The position numbers and the translations under genes were made by a program. A stretch of 64,000 bases of DNA from assembly GCA_000320545.1 (NCBI GenBank), contig ADNK01001956.1, positions 23,238 to 87,237 of the forward strand. Direction: 5' to 3'. The number at the start of each line of letters is the position of its first letter. Position 1 is the first letter of the stretch. The notes below the pieces were generated by a model. The model made no database searches and was not told the DNA's origin. It worked only from the letters and a program-made list of their open reading frames with translations. Origin of the DNA: Bigelowiella natans CCMP2755. Its lineage: Eukaryota > Protista > Cercozoa. Of the stretch, positions 34,601 to 47,894 are shown in pieces.

Positions 34601-35437
34601 AGTATACTTGAATATTTCTCACCCTGAAAGTTGCAGAAAACGATGAGGGAGCTCGAAAGGGATCGCTTAGACTATGAGGTGAGAAATTGATCAAGGGTGT
34701 GGAATTATGAATATTAACCTTAAACTTATCTTATAAGGAGGAAGAGGACATTGGTGGTTTAAAGTTCCGTTATGCTGTTGCAGAGGTTCTAAAATAGGAC
34801 TTAAACACATAATTCATCCAACTAAATCATTTTTTCCACCGCTAGAGCGCTTGTAGGGCTGCCGAGATTATTCAGGCAAAAGCAGTGATTTTTTTCTGCG
34901 AACAATTTGAGGTAATGGAAATTCTGAATGAGCATTGTAGGAATTAATTTTACGGGATTTTCGAAGGTTGCGATCTATCTGGCGAAATTGCGACCAAGTT
35001 GCCCAATTTTCATCGTAACCTTCACCGAAAGTATTGCATCCTGCACCCAAGGTCATAGTAGATTAGGTTTTAACACATCAATATCTGACTAGTTTATTTG
35101 TCAGGATTATATGGATGCCATCCGATATTAATAAAAGAGGTGAGAAGTGATGATGTGAGCTTCCATGCATTTCTTTCTAATGATAATATATCATTCTAGG
35201 ACATCGAAAGTTTCAAGACTACTGATGATTTTACGAGGACTATCGAACGTCACATTTTTTCTTTGACAGGGTATTGAGCACAATGAATTCGGTGTCATTG
35301 AGGTCACAACATGATTTTTCTTGCCATCCAGGACGGCCCTGGAAGAATCTGATGTGATGGTTTGTGCCCATCGTTGCCAATTCCCAAGTTTGCACAACAC
35401 GGTTCGAATGGTGAAATTAGGCAAAAGTCGCGGTTGA
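31630..35437 (+). CDS. PK: Pyruvate kinase (more than 20 short introns) with an N-terminal extension of about 180 aa
   Basis: RRNSK/IVATLGPAS, FRLNFSHA, DLQ/GPKFRTG, KGINTP, IALSFVQ, KIEKP, DGIMVARGDLGVE, ATQ/MLESM, PTRAE/VSDVANA and DAVMLS/GESA. Stop TGA at 35435-35437. Confidence 0.96.
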
Positions 35438-36374
35438 TCGGGAAAACCTCAGGAGGACCAGTGTCTCCATTGAATGCGTTTGCCTAGTTTTGAAATGTGA
35501 TCAATGACCTCGCAATTTTGCATCATGTAAGTTCTCATGCTTGCAGGACAATCCATGCGCGCGTGCAGTGTCCTCAAAGCTAGCAGACTGCGGTGGCTTG
35601 TTGTGCTGTCATTGCAGGGAACTCGCGCTCGAAGTGAGTGCACACGTGTGCGATGCTGTCGATCAGCTGTGTGACCATCTTGTGCGACGGTGATGCACAG
35701 ATGCAAGATGGATGCAATGAAGTGATGTACGAACTGTTGGCCAGTGCCAATGAGATCAGCGTGCAGATGATGACAATTTTTGGGAAAAAAACCAAAAAAG
35801 GTCAGGAATGATTGTTCCAGAAGCCACGCTGTGCATTGTGTGATTGGAGTTGTGTTTCTTGCATGTTGGCACAATCAATGTGAACTTGTTGCATCGCAGG
35901 TCCGCAACACTCGCCACGTCATCGCGACATTGAGATGACAAACCAAAAAAGTCGAGGTGGCCGGGCTAGCCCCCTGACTCGACTTTCTGCATCAAGCTCG
36001 TGTGCACTCGTTGTTCGAACTGGCGACGTTTCGAGTGCCATTGACAGGGCTCCCTGTGCGATGCAGACTTGGACGCGTGCTTTTGCAGCCAAGCGCACGT
36101 GTGGATTAATCAACAATTCATCGCGACGACGTTCACCTCGTCTTTCACTTTTTCCAATGATGGCATTGCTGTGTCCATTGTTCCAGACCTACTGCTGTGC
36201 TTGCTGATCTTGGGAAGTGGTCTGTTGTTTTTGCTCCTTTGTTTCGCTGGCATGAAACAGAGGTCTGAGGTGGAAGGACCAAAAGGGGAACGATCAATTG
36301 GTTCATTGAAGCACAGAGAAGCATTGGGCTGAATCGTTTTCATTTTGACGATCATGTCGCATCGATCGCGCGAC

Positions 36375-36500
36375 GCTCAGAACAATGAACAATGAACAAT
36401 GAACAATGAACAACAATGATGAACCACACTTCCAAAGTGTGACAAGACATTTGCAGTGTGCGAAATGCAGTGCCTCGAACTGACTTCAGTGAGGTCCACC
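36375..36500 (-). repeat. Dispersed repeat family copy D with (ATTGTTC)n tail
   Basis: The reverse complement contains agttcgaggcactgcatttcgcacactgcaaatgtcttg, identical to 60741-60779. Confidence 0.9.
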
Positions 36501-36726
36501 TAGTGAAACCAGAAGGAATCAAGAATGGCATTCTGGCCACTCCTCCGTTCCTAGTTTCATTGTCTTTGGTGCCTGACACTTGCCAACTTCAGGACCACGC
36601 ACCCCTGAATCCTGCCGTGATGGTTTGCTCATGCTTGGAGATCACCAAGCAAGAACACCACACCTGCGAACCCCAAGCGAACAATCAATCCCATGGACCA
36701 CATCTTCATGGTCTGCTTCATGCCTG

Positions 36727-36924
36727 CCACAACATCCCCGGCTTTTGCGGAGACATTGCCCTCACTGGAAGGCATGAAGATGGAGGAGGATGCATTCTTC
36801 GTTGCTAGTCCACTTGGACAACGAGCTTCGCAATGACCACAACATCCCCGGCTTTTGCGGAGACAAAGCCCCCATCATTGCAATTGGAAGCACTAGCTTC
36901 ACGCCAACCACAACATCCCCGGCT
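36727..36924. repeat. Three spaced direct repeats (29, 29 and 17 bp)
   Basis: ccacaacatccccggcttttgcggagaca at 36727 and 36837; partial copy at 36908. Confidence 0.85.
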
Positions 36925-37771
36925 CAGAAAGAACAATGAACAACAATGAACAATGATGATGAACAGAACGACAACGTTTCCGGAGTGTGAATGAGAAAAG
37001 AATGAGAAGTTGTAGCAGTGGTGTTCGAACATCGAGAATTTCTCTTCAGATGAGAGATTCCTGGATTTCCGGTTTAAAAAAGAAGCAACAAAAACACATT
37101 TCATTTCTGCCATTATTAAGCAGTTTTCTTGGTATAACTGCCTTGAACGGCTTGTTTTGCCATGCATTGATCCAACCAAAGTGAACTTCGGAAATTCTTC
37201 GTACACTACCGGATTTTATGATTCATTGAAATGAATTTATCGCTCTTATGCAAGTCGAGCGACGTGCTCGCCCCAGGAGTTAGTTAACACAAAGAAAAAA
37301 CGCAGGACATTCGTGATGAAATGTGTCTCACGTGAACACCTCTGGGAATAAACGCGGGGTATGCGGAGAAACGCTAAGTCTTAGAAAGATGCAGTATTGA
37401 AATTATGCGGCCCTATTGATACCTTGGAACTTTACAAGTTTTGCTTGTATCAGTGAAGACGTAGGCGATAAATGCCAGCATAATGTAAAAGCCGTTCGAG
37501 AGCTTTGTAACTATTAATTTATACTTTACGAGGTGTCATCGTCGCCAACCTAACCTACTCAGCCTGCGTCACCGCAAAAAGGAGGGGGACGAGAGAAAGA
37601 AACAACAGAGAGAGCGGGAAGAGTCGCAATTCAATCCACACAAACTCTTAGCTGACCTTCGACCAACACGGGACAACCTCTCAGGTAGTTTTTGATCTAT
37701 GCATCTTCTCCGCAATCTCACAATGGTACTCCGACAGATAACCCAGAAGGACCACTGTGATCAACGAAGCT

Positions 37772-40700
37772 ATGAATCTAAAAGATATGGTCGTTATGGC
37801 CGGGATTTCCGAGGAACCCACGTTGATGAACCTCTTTCAGTTCTTGTGTGCCAATATGCTGGTTTGTGCGCTCGTCTATTTTGTTCTGAGGATGACAAAG
37901 CTCGGCGATCGAGCCTGGTGCTGCTAACACTAAAACTTGCTTTCTCGAGCGTTCTGTCATAAGAGCTCTAACGAAATCAAATTTGATGGTCTACTGTTTC
38001 CTAATTGGTGATATCATATTAATGTCGCTGAAAATTTCAGGTACCTAACTGTGTACTCAAGCGGGGTAGCGTCATCTTTTGGGATTTACTTCATCCAACA
38101 AGCTTATTTAAATGGAATCTACAATACTATGACCACTGAGACAGAGTGGTCAACATATGCTGCCATCTTCTTCCTGGCATATTGCGCTATGGATCTGGTT
38201 AGTTGATGCAGCTGGTAGGAGAGTCTCGCCTAATTATTCAAACTAATGTCAATAATTCCATTAGGTTATCGGGTCGTACGAATATGATGAAGCTATCGAT
38301 TACAAAGATGGCTGGTATTAAATTTTAGTTATCGAAATTCGGAAGGGAAAGCAATATTGTTAACTTTTCCATTTATGTTTAATTCCAACTCGAAAAGGCT
38401 GCGTATTGAATATCTGTACCAACTATCAGGGTTCATCACTTTTTCTTCATCATTCTTCTCGGGTGGCTTCTTTCTTCCGGACTCACTGGACTTTTCGCAA
38501 TTGCCTTGATTGAAGAGGTTCCCACAGTCATCCTCTCTATGGCAAGGGTTTCGATGAGCGCCAGAGTGCCATTTGTAAGTCATAATCTCTCTTGCGCAAC
38601 GACCTCCCTTTAAAGTGGTATTTTGTGATCATTATCATCATTTCTTAGGTGTTCGGACTGACCTTCTTCGTTCTGAGAATCAGCTACCACTGCTATTTGA
38701 CTTACGCTGTTATCGAGTAAGTTTATCAACCCCTAATCTGATGAATGATCTACAATGGTATTAATTATGTTGTTTACTATATACACCAATCATCTTCATC
38801 AGGTATTCAACTGTTGCATTTGTGATCGGGGTGATTTTGATGAGATCCCACCTAAAGTGGTTTCATCGATGGCTCTCAGGACACCTCACTAAGAAGGGAC
38901 GAATGCCACTCAGCATTAAGGTATTACTGGTCATCATTTATTGTTGTCGCTGCTACTGATGGAAGAAGTAGTCTTTTGCTCCACAGTGCTCCCTCTGTTT
39001 GATTGATTATTCCCTGCTGCTGCTGCTGCTGCTGCTAACAACTGCTGTCTTCCTATCACTAATGAAAAGGTGGCTGTATTTGCGGCTCTGATTGTGCTGC
39101 AAACAATTGGCCACGGATACGCCGTGTACCAAATGGTTATCAAGAATTATCTTGTTGCTGCTTCAGGAGCTGTCATGGTAGTAGTAGTTGTAGTAGTAAG
39201 TACGACGAATATCCTTGTTGTCATTGTTAGGAGTCATTAACAAATTTAGTTAATTTGCTGTAATGATGCTGCTGATATCTCCGAGGGAGAGAATGTTTTT
39301 AAAGCTAGTGTTTGACGAAATGCTTTGAAGATATGTGATGAAAATGATGATGATTTGCCCTAATTTTTGTTGGATGGCGTGCAAAGGTTCATTTGATTAT
39401 CTTCCTTTACTTCTCGGCCAAGATGATTATGGTAGTAACTATAGTAGTAAGTAGTAGTAGCAGTAGTAGTATAGTAGTATAGTAGTAGCAGCAGTATCTA
39501 AGAAATCTATAATTGGGAGTAGGAAAAACAAGAGCAATTACCAAGAACAAAACATCATATTTAGTTAATAATATATATCATTTCAAGGTTATTCAAGATG
39601 TTTACACACAAAACTTCATCTTCGAAGCTATCAAGGAGAAAAAAGTAATTTATAACATTTCCTGGGAAGATCCTCGAGTGGATCATCAAGTGCTGAAAGT
39701 GACCGATAAGGACGTTGTCTTAACAATATCTTCTGCTGGATGTAACGTGCTGGATTATATGATTGAAGGGCCAGGAGAAATGGTTGCTGTGGATTTCAAT
39801 GCTGCCCAGCTTTGCGTTCTTGAGCTTAAGATATTATGTATTAAATACCTTAACTGGGAGCAATTTTGGCAGATTTGGTCATGCAGCAACTACGAACTTT
39901 TCAAGGAAGTTTGGCCAAAATTGAGAAAATATGCTTCTGACCGATGCAAGGAATTCTGGGACGAAAACGGGGATCTGATTCGTGACAACTTCATGTTCGC
40001 AGGAACATCAGGGTTGATGGCTAAGATTCTATCATTTCCCGCTGGATTCATCGGGTTGAGCAACTACATGCGTCAAAATACGGGGAAACCGTTCAAAGGA
40101 TCGTTCGTTTTTAATATGATCGTCAAGTTCCTCTCCTCTTCTGCGTGGATTCCAGTTGGTAAATGGCTTGCTCCTCTAGGAGGTGTACCTGAGAAACAAC
40201 TCAACCTCGTCATGAAAACACCTGGAAGCTGCGCAATTTTTGCGGCTAAGATTGGAGAAATCTTTGAGAAAATCATGTGGGAAAAGGATAATTACTTCTA
40301 CTACGCCTATGTAGCAGGACGATGGGACGAACACTGTTGTCCTAGATACATGATGAAGAAGCATTTCAAGACTTTAAGAGATCGTGTTGATCGTATTACA
40401 TTGTTCCACGGCTCGGTTTGTGATGCAGTCAAGGCTATGCCTCAAAAGTCAAAGAAGAAGTTCACTGTTTACTCGTTGTTGGACTCCATGGATTGGATGC
40501 CAGAGAGTATGGTGGCAAATCAAATTGGTACAATAACTGATGAAAAGTATTTCAATCGTGAGGATGGCCGCATTTTCTGGAGGTCATTTGCAACAGGTGA
40601 CAGAGCTCATTCTCCAGTCCTGCAGCAGTTGAATCCTACAATGCTGCCTGACACTAAATATCCAGACCGAGTGGGGTGGTATCTTACCCAGCTATGGACT

Positions 40701-41501
40701 CCAAAGTTAGACAAAAAATTCAACAATAAGAACCTCCTAATCGAAGAGGATGCTTCAAACGTCAAACAGTCCTTCAAGGGAGACCTTAAGGTAATGTGGA
40801 CTATGGCTACGTATGGTCTTACACAAAAGGATAAAGATGCAAAAGAGTTCTATAAAACTCAAGCTGATGTATATGATGGGTTCCGCGAGGGACTCCTGCC
40901 TGATCGTGATAACTTGCTTCAATATGTTGTACCATGGACAACATCTCCAAAAACATGGGTATCAGTCGGATGTGGCACTGCTCGTGACATCGAGTACGTT
41001 GTGAAACATGTAAAAGAGAACAAAACCAACGTCTACTTGTGTGACCTCTCCAAGGAACTTCTTGGGATCGCCAGGGATCGTGTCAAATCACTCGGCTTAA
41101 CGCCATACGTCACCTTCGTTGAGGGAGATATTAACAAGGCTGAAGTCCAGAAGAAACTACCTCCTATGGGAAGCATCGATCTCGTGACATGCAGCTACTG
41201 CCTAACTATGATCCCTCCATGGAAAAAGGCTGCTAATACGATGATCCGTATGCTGAGGAAGGGAGGCCATCTCGCAATTGTTGACTTCACTGCAAAGGAG
41301 AACTGTCAAACGAGTCTTGATCAACGATTTTACAAATTCTGGTTTTCCATGGATGGTGTATGGTTGAACGAAGAACAGCCTTCCTATTTACGAGATCCAA
41401 AGAATGGCCTTGAAACCCAATGGTATCAAGAGGATGGAGCTCGAGTACCATATACCTTCTTTTATCCAACTCACTATCAATTCTTGGGAAGGAAAAAATG
41501 A
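37772..41501 (+). CDS. BTA1: Betaine lipid (DGTS) synthase: N-terminal TLC-like membrane domain fused to BtaA-like (DUF3419) and BtaB-like SAM methyltransferase domains
   Basis: Final 1.9-kb exon: IYNISWEDPRVD, VLTISSAGCNVLDY, AVDFNAAQL, NYFY, LLDSMDWM, IFWRSF, then FYKTQADVYD, VGCGTA, DLVTCSYCLTMIPPW and IVDF. Eight upstream GT-AG exons splice in frame and carry TLC-like motifs (AYCAMDL, GWVHH, EEVPT, FGLTFFVLR, HLKWF). Confidence 0.85.
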
Positions 41502-41899
41502 GGAGGAGGAGGAGGAGGAGGAGGAGGAGGAGGAGAGAGTATAATACATGTCTATGCTTCTACCGGAGCAAGAAGGGAAACAATACGTAGTCCATAGAAT
41601 AATATTATTCGAAAGAGTTACTTAACAAAGTAGTTGCTTTCATCTATCTATATATTGACGTTCAGTCATGTCACAGTTATTTAAGCAAAGGGACCAGCAG
41701 TGTGGTTTCTTTTAGAAGCTAGGTAGTAGGTCACCATTTCAGGTCGATCATCCTTTTTCGTCATCAGGTAGTATAATACCTGTTGTAAAGATGATTATTT
41801 TGTACTTCAAACCTATTCATCAACCTCAATAATATGCAATCGTATGCATGAGTGAAAATTACTCTTGTTCTGGCAAAATATGTGAATCATGTTTTCTTT

Positions 41900-42900
41900 A
41901 TAAGTTGTAATAATGAGGCATGTAAAAGTTGACATGTGCAAATGGTCCTGCATCTAGGCATGTTTATTTAGCGTTTGTATGTATTCATTCTGTTCTATAG
42001 CCTACATGCAGGGCTAAATAGCGTACGCACGTACGAGCATATGTAGTTTTATACACATGTTCTTAACAACATATATATGGTGGTTTATACTAGTATACAT
42101 GTGTTCTTACCAACACATACATGCTAGCATGTACCAAATTTAGCACATGTGTGTTTGGTTGTGGTGTGTAGGGGAACGTGCGATAATTAACTACTAGCTT
42201 GCTTGCGTAGAGGACACGCTTTTTTCATGCTGTCTCTTCTAGTCTTGCTGGTGATTTTGTTGTGTATACACCGCATGTGCCGTGCTAGCGTGCTCAGCTA
42301 GTCAGCAGCAGCTACATCTAGCTAGCTAGACATAGCGGCGCGGATACGATGCGAATAACTAGATAATATGATCGAACAAAACGCTCTTTTTCCTCATTCA
42401 TTAACTGAATGAATAATATACGACATGTAGCAGTCGTCCTGCGCTACGTACATGAGCTAGCTAGCTAGCTAGCGATCGAGTCTTTACGGCCTAGACGTGT
42501 TGTGTGCATGTATGTTGAGGTCCATGAGTAGGTGTAGGTATGCAATGAATGGAGGCAAAGTGTGGATATGCGAGCACGCGGCTATACTACATGGAATTTT
42601 TCGATCTGATATAATCGCCTCATCTAGTCATCATTAATAAGCGCGTTGAACAATATCTAGAATATAGTTTATAAACACATCATGTGACATTCATTCAATC
42701 AAGGCGCATGCACACATCTACCAACAACAACTACTGTGTACTGAGTTGACTTGTATTATACGTAAATCGTCGATATTCAATGTTGTTAATGATGAGTGTA
42801 TCACAAATGAACTATGCAATGCACACTGTCGGCAGTGCATCCTAAGATAGCTTCATCATACGTCATGTTATCGATGCTTATTTGAATAATGTGGACATGA
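41900..42900. other. Intergenic zone enriched in (CTAG)n/CATG words between convergent 3' ends
   Basis: ctagctagctag runs near 42318 and 42457, and many catgtg/gcatgt words. TA is not eliminated here. Confidence 0.5.
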
Positions 42901-42908
42901 AAGCCAAT

Positions 42909-43026
42909 TTAGGGAAGCTTGTAACTGAGGCCATTCTCTTCAGGTTGTAGCAATTCCATAACCAAAACTCGGACCTGTTGATGGCAAGGTTTCATCTCTT
43001 GATGTTGACTTCTTAAAATGCAATAC

Positions 43027-43063
<37 letters not shown>

Positions 43064-43467
43064 AAGGTTGTGTTATCAATGACACACGAACCACACGCAC
43101 CTTTTACTTATCACAACTCAGGCACACTAAGGACAATGACATCTATTCCTCACAAAAAATAAATAAATTTCAAATAAAGAGGCGACCATGTCATTGAGTT
43201 CTTTTTGAGTGCTTTCCACACTTTTCCCAGCAAGTTCAATGTAGTACTTGAGCTTTGGTTCAGTGCCACTAGGTCTCAACGTGATCACACAACCATTCGT
43301 AAACTCATACCTTTATGTAAAAAAACAGAGCAATGTAGTAGTAGTAGCGGTAGCAGTAGTAGTAGCTGTTAACCGTGGAATGGTGTAGTTAAGGGGGGGG
43401 GGGAGGGGCTAGAAGAAGTGCCAAGCACGAATTAGTAGTACCAAAGAATCAACATGGGTGAATGAAA

Positions 43468-43507
<40 letters not shown>

Positions 43508-43958
43508 GAGAGAGAAGAGGCGGAAAATGAATTCCAAAAACAATTATTAGACAATCATACGTTAGAACGTTGGAGACTGGAAGTTTTGCCTTCTGATCCT
43601 TCGTTGAGCTGTCGTATCTGCATCATTATTGTCATCACCATCATCGTCTAAGCAGCATCATTACATTTTTAAGTATTCTGACATTCAAAGAAGAAGAAGA
43701 AGAAGAAGAAGATGATGATGATGAGATATCATTAATATCACCATTATTATTATTTTGCTGTAACTTAAAAGTTATGACTATTATGACGCAGTAAACACAC
43801 CCAGTTTTAAGATCTCGAATTGCTTTAATCGTATACGGTCCGCATCTGGAAGAAGAAGAAGAAGAAGAAGAAGAAGAAGAGTGGTGGGAGGAGGAGGAGG
43901 AGGAGGAGGAGGAGGAGGGTTGACTGACTCTTTGTTAAGCACTGTCCGAGTACCCAAC

Positions 43959-43992
<34 letters not shown>

Positions 43993-44614
43993 CATGATGA
44001 TAATGATTGGACAAGGACGGGGGGATATGGTTTGTCCATCATCACTAACCTAGACCAATATGGGGGATATGGTTTGTCCATGATCACTAACCTGAACCAA
44101 TATTTTCCGTTGTTACGTAGCCTCTCGAATATCTTACTCATGACCTTTTAACAATGGAAAGCAGACACAAGAATAAGATGATGATAGATGCACATATAAT
44201 CATGCTGCTGTTGCTGTAACTACCACTACAAGTACTACTGCTACTACTTGTACGCATTGACACATCATCATAAATATAAAAATTGACAGCAATAATCTAG
44301 AACAACCTTGACATCATTGCTTCTGACATAATAGTTATGAGAAAGGAAATAACCAAGTCTTTGGTACAAGCTCTAAAATAATAATAATCAGAAGAATAAT
44401 GACAACTACACAGTAGTCAGTCACAACAATGACAATGACAATGTGTGGTATAAACAATAAGAGCATGGTCAAAAATTATATCACATGATAATGTTTGATG
44501 TTGATGATGATGATGAAGTGGTAAACTTGTTCTTGGTATATAAAGGAGATATATTCTTACATAGATTAGGCAGTAGGAATGATGTATATTCCTTGCTTAC
44601 ATGATCAATCTGTA

Positions 44615-44671
<57 letters not shown>

Positions 44672-45436
44672 TAAAAGGTATATCTGACATCAAGATGCTG
44701 TGCGACGGTCATTTTCTTCTCCCTTTCCAAGTACCTGTATCATCATCATCATCATCATCATCACATCATAATATTATCAAAACAAACATTAACTGATGAT
44801 AAATAGGCCTAAGGTATAAGGGCTCGATAATATTGTGCATCATCACCCATGTGAGTGAGAAAGATAAATAATAACAATAATGTATTACGTTGCCATTTCT
44901 GCAAAGACAGCCGCTGCAGACACTCCATCCTATCATCAATGATTGATAATAATGATAAGAATATCACGATAAGGTGATAATTGCATCACCGTAATAATGA
45001 TGAAGATGACAAATGAACAACACATAAAATTCAATCTTCGTATAATTCATGCATAAAGACTAGACATTGTTGCACGTGATGATTTTCACTCATCATTGTC
45101 ATCATCACTCTTCTCTGCTGCTAATAGTACCTTATCGTAAACGACATCTCCCACACAATAACCAATGGCCTCCTCAAACATGAAAATGACCTGTGTGATT
45201 GATTATGCAGCAGGTAGCTTCATGTGAGTCGATCATTCTCTCATTCATGTATTTATAACTTATTGTTAATTTATTACAATTTACAATATCTTTCTTCGTC
45301 TAAGTCGTACTATAACATCATCATAAAGATGATGATGATGATGATGGATTATAATAACCATCTTTGAGAGTAGGCAACAAAATCAAGATAATTATGATCA
45401 TCATCATCATCATCGCGACATTTGAAATAAGGATCG

Positions 45437-45469
<33 letters not shown>

Positions 45470-46888
45470 ATAAGGTGGTAGCTTAGCTGCAACCTTCTTT
45501 CCTTCCTTTGCGAGGTCAAAAGCCGTATTTCCCTGAATCAATAGTAATTAGTTGTAGCAGGTATATAAGATGATGATTGATGATGATGATGATGATTGTT
45601 GGTAACTTACCATCCATTTAAAGCCAGTCAAAGTGTCAAGATACTGAAATCCTTCTGCGGCAGCGTAAGCTCTATTTATAGTGGTGATAATTATTATTAT
45701 CATTATTATTATTAGTAGTAGTAGTAGGAGCAGCAGCAGCAGCAAGAAACAACAGCACCACGCCAAGGGACTACAATAAGACTATTACTAACGAGGATGA
45801 TGATGATAAGAATGTATGACTGTATTGATCATGCTTAATAATCGATATGAGTCAAGTCGTAGTAAGAGGATACTACTACTACTACTACTACTACTACTAC
45901 CACGACCTCAGCATCTTTGATGAAACCGTGGAATTGAGCATGTAAATGTCGGAAAAGTCTTTTTTGCTTGGATTTGCTTTCTTGAATTGTGTCCTTAGAT
46001 GATGAAGAAGTAGAAGATTAATGTGATGATGAATATACTGTAGCAAAAGCAATATGGTACAACTACTAGTAGTAGTAGTTGTACTCTTGTCTTGTACTAC
46101 GACTAAGTGCTACTGCTGTTATTTCCTTCTTCTTTTTCTTGTTGTTCTTCTTCTACCATTGCCAGTCTGCAAGAAGGATTCCGATTTCATTTCCACTAAA
46201 CATCTTCCACGAACTAGATGGATGGTGTGCAAATAAATCAATCAATAGAATAAATAAATAAATGATGATGATGATGATGATGATGATGAATCATAACAAA
46301 AAGATAGATATTGCTTACTGCCATTAAGTCAGTAGTATTAACCAGTACACACGTGCAAGAACGAATAATAACACTGTACTTTTCTCATTAATACACCCTT
46401 TTAGGCATGCATCATATCCAAATATAGAAGAACATATAGTAAGCACACAAATCTTCTTTCTTCTTCTTCCTTTTCCAACTATTTAGTGTGCGGTGAATGA
46501 GTGCAAAGGGCAGTAGCAGCAGCGCCTCGAGGTATGCATGAGTGTGTATGTGTGTGTATTAATTATGTGTAGTAGTAGTAGTAGTTACTTCTTTTGGTTT
46601 CCTTCATATTCAGCAGCAGCGAGTCGATCTGCATCAGGGTCATTTGCCAGTACCAATGTCGCACCAACTACAAACAACAACAGCAGTTTTTGATCATTAT
46701 TTTTACCAGAACTACCGCTATTAACTAGTAGTAGTCTATTACTAAAATACAAGCAAGCAGCAGCATTATCATCACCTTGTGATGCTGTTTCCAATGCTAG
46801 ATCGAGTGCCCCTTTAAACAAGGAAACACAAGTTCAGCTACTATTATCAAATAATCATCATCTATATGTCTACTACATCATCTGTCAA

Positions 46889-46925
<37 letters not shown>

Positions 46926-46972
46926 GAACCATATTACGACTGTTGTGAATCTCTGTGCATCTTTTATAGTAC

Positions 46973-47004
<32 letters not shown>

Positions 47005-47441
47005 CTTACTGATTTCTACAACAACATACAAACACACCATCTTCTTCCGGATTAGGAAATGTAACAGTAGGAAAGCTAGGGTCTGGTTCTTGCTGCTTCT
47101 TCACGGAATAGAATGCTGGTAGCTGATTGGATAAGAAGATGAGGAAGAATGATATTGCAGTTATTTACAATAATGATGATAATGAGATAGTAGTTTAAAG
47201 GATAAATACATACGTGAAATAATAATATAATTGATGGGCGTAGTATGATGGGCGTAGTGTGTAGTAAGATCATGAATCGGGCTTGATTGTGTCTAGTAGT
47301 AGTAGTAGTACATTGAATTCTTTGAAGGATCTCGAAGTGAAGCTATAGCCTACACCATGCATAGCTGTGTACACTATCTTTAGTTTTGAGGCCTTACAAG
47401 AACACAATAACAATAATAAGAAGAATGAGTACTTCTAAGAG

Positions 47442-47475
<34 letters not shown>

Positions 47476-47652
47476 AACAACAATAATTAACTACTTTGTT
47501 TTCATCTGGGTATCTGCACAGCTGTTTCTTTATCGATTTGAAATAAAGACCTGTCGCCTATGATAAGGCATAGAAGAGTACTACCATGAATTGCGAAGAA
47601 GAATAAGAAGCAGAAGAATAAATTCTTATTCGATCATTAATCATTACAAGGA

Positions 47653-47684
<32 letters not shown>

Positions 47685-47856
47685 CTTGTTCCGTAGGATC
47701 AATGCAAGCTGCGTGTGATTCTACTTCCTCAGGAGTATATTTCTTCCAAGGCTTCATAATTACATCAAAACAAGAAGGGGAGAGGAGAAGAAGAAGGCAA
47801 AAATATCATCTCACAAAAAAGAGAGAATAAATACCACGAGAGTTATCATCATTCGG

Positions 47857-47894
<38 letters not shown>

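Larger units (their letters stand above)
35440..37030. other. TpA-depleted island 3: degenerate repeat or pseudogene sequence
   Basis: Very few TAs, mostly in CTAG. Overlapping ORFs almost free of Tyr. Contains a repeat-family copy and (gaacaat)n tails. Confidence 0.85.

Noticed and set aside
36630-36870. SH3-like peptide on the minus strand (VSAKAGDVV...W..G)
   Set aside because: Short resemblance produced by the repeated 29-mer; the frames are broken and key SH3 residues are missing.
36727-36924. CRISPR-like array
   Set aside because: Only two full repeats, unequal spacers, no cas genes, and a eukaryotic context.
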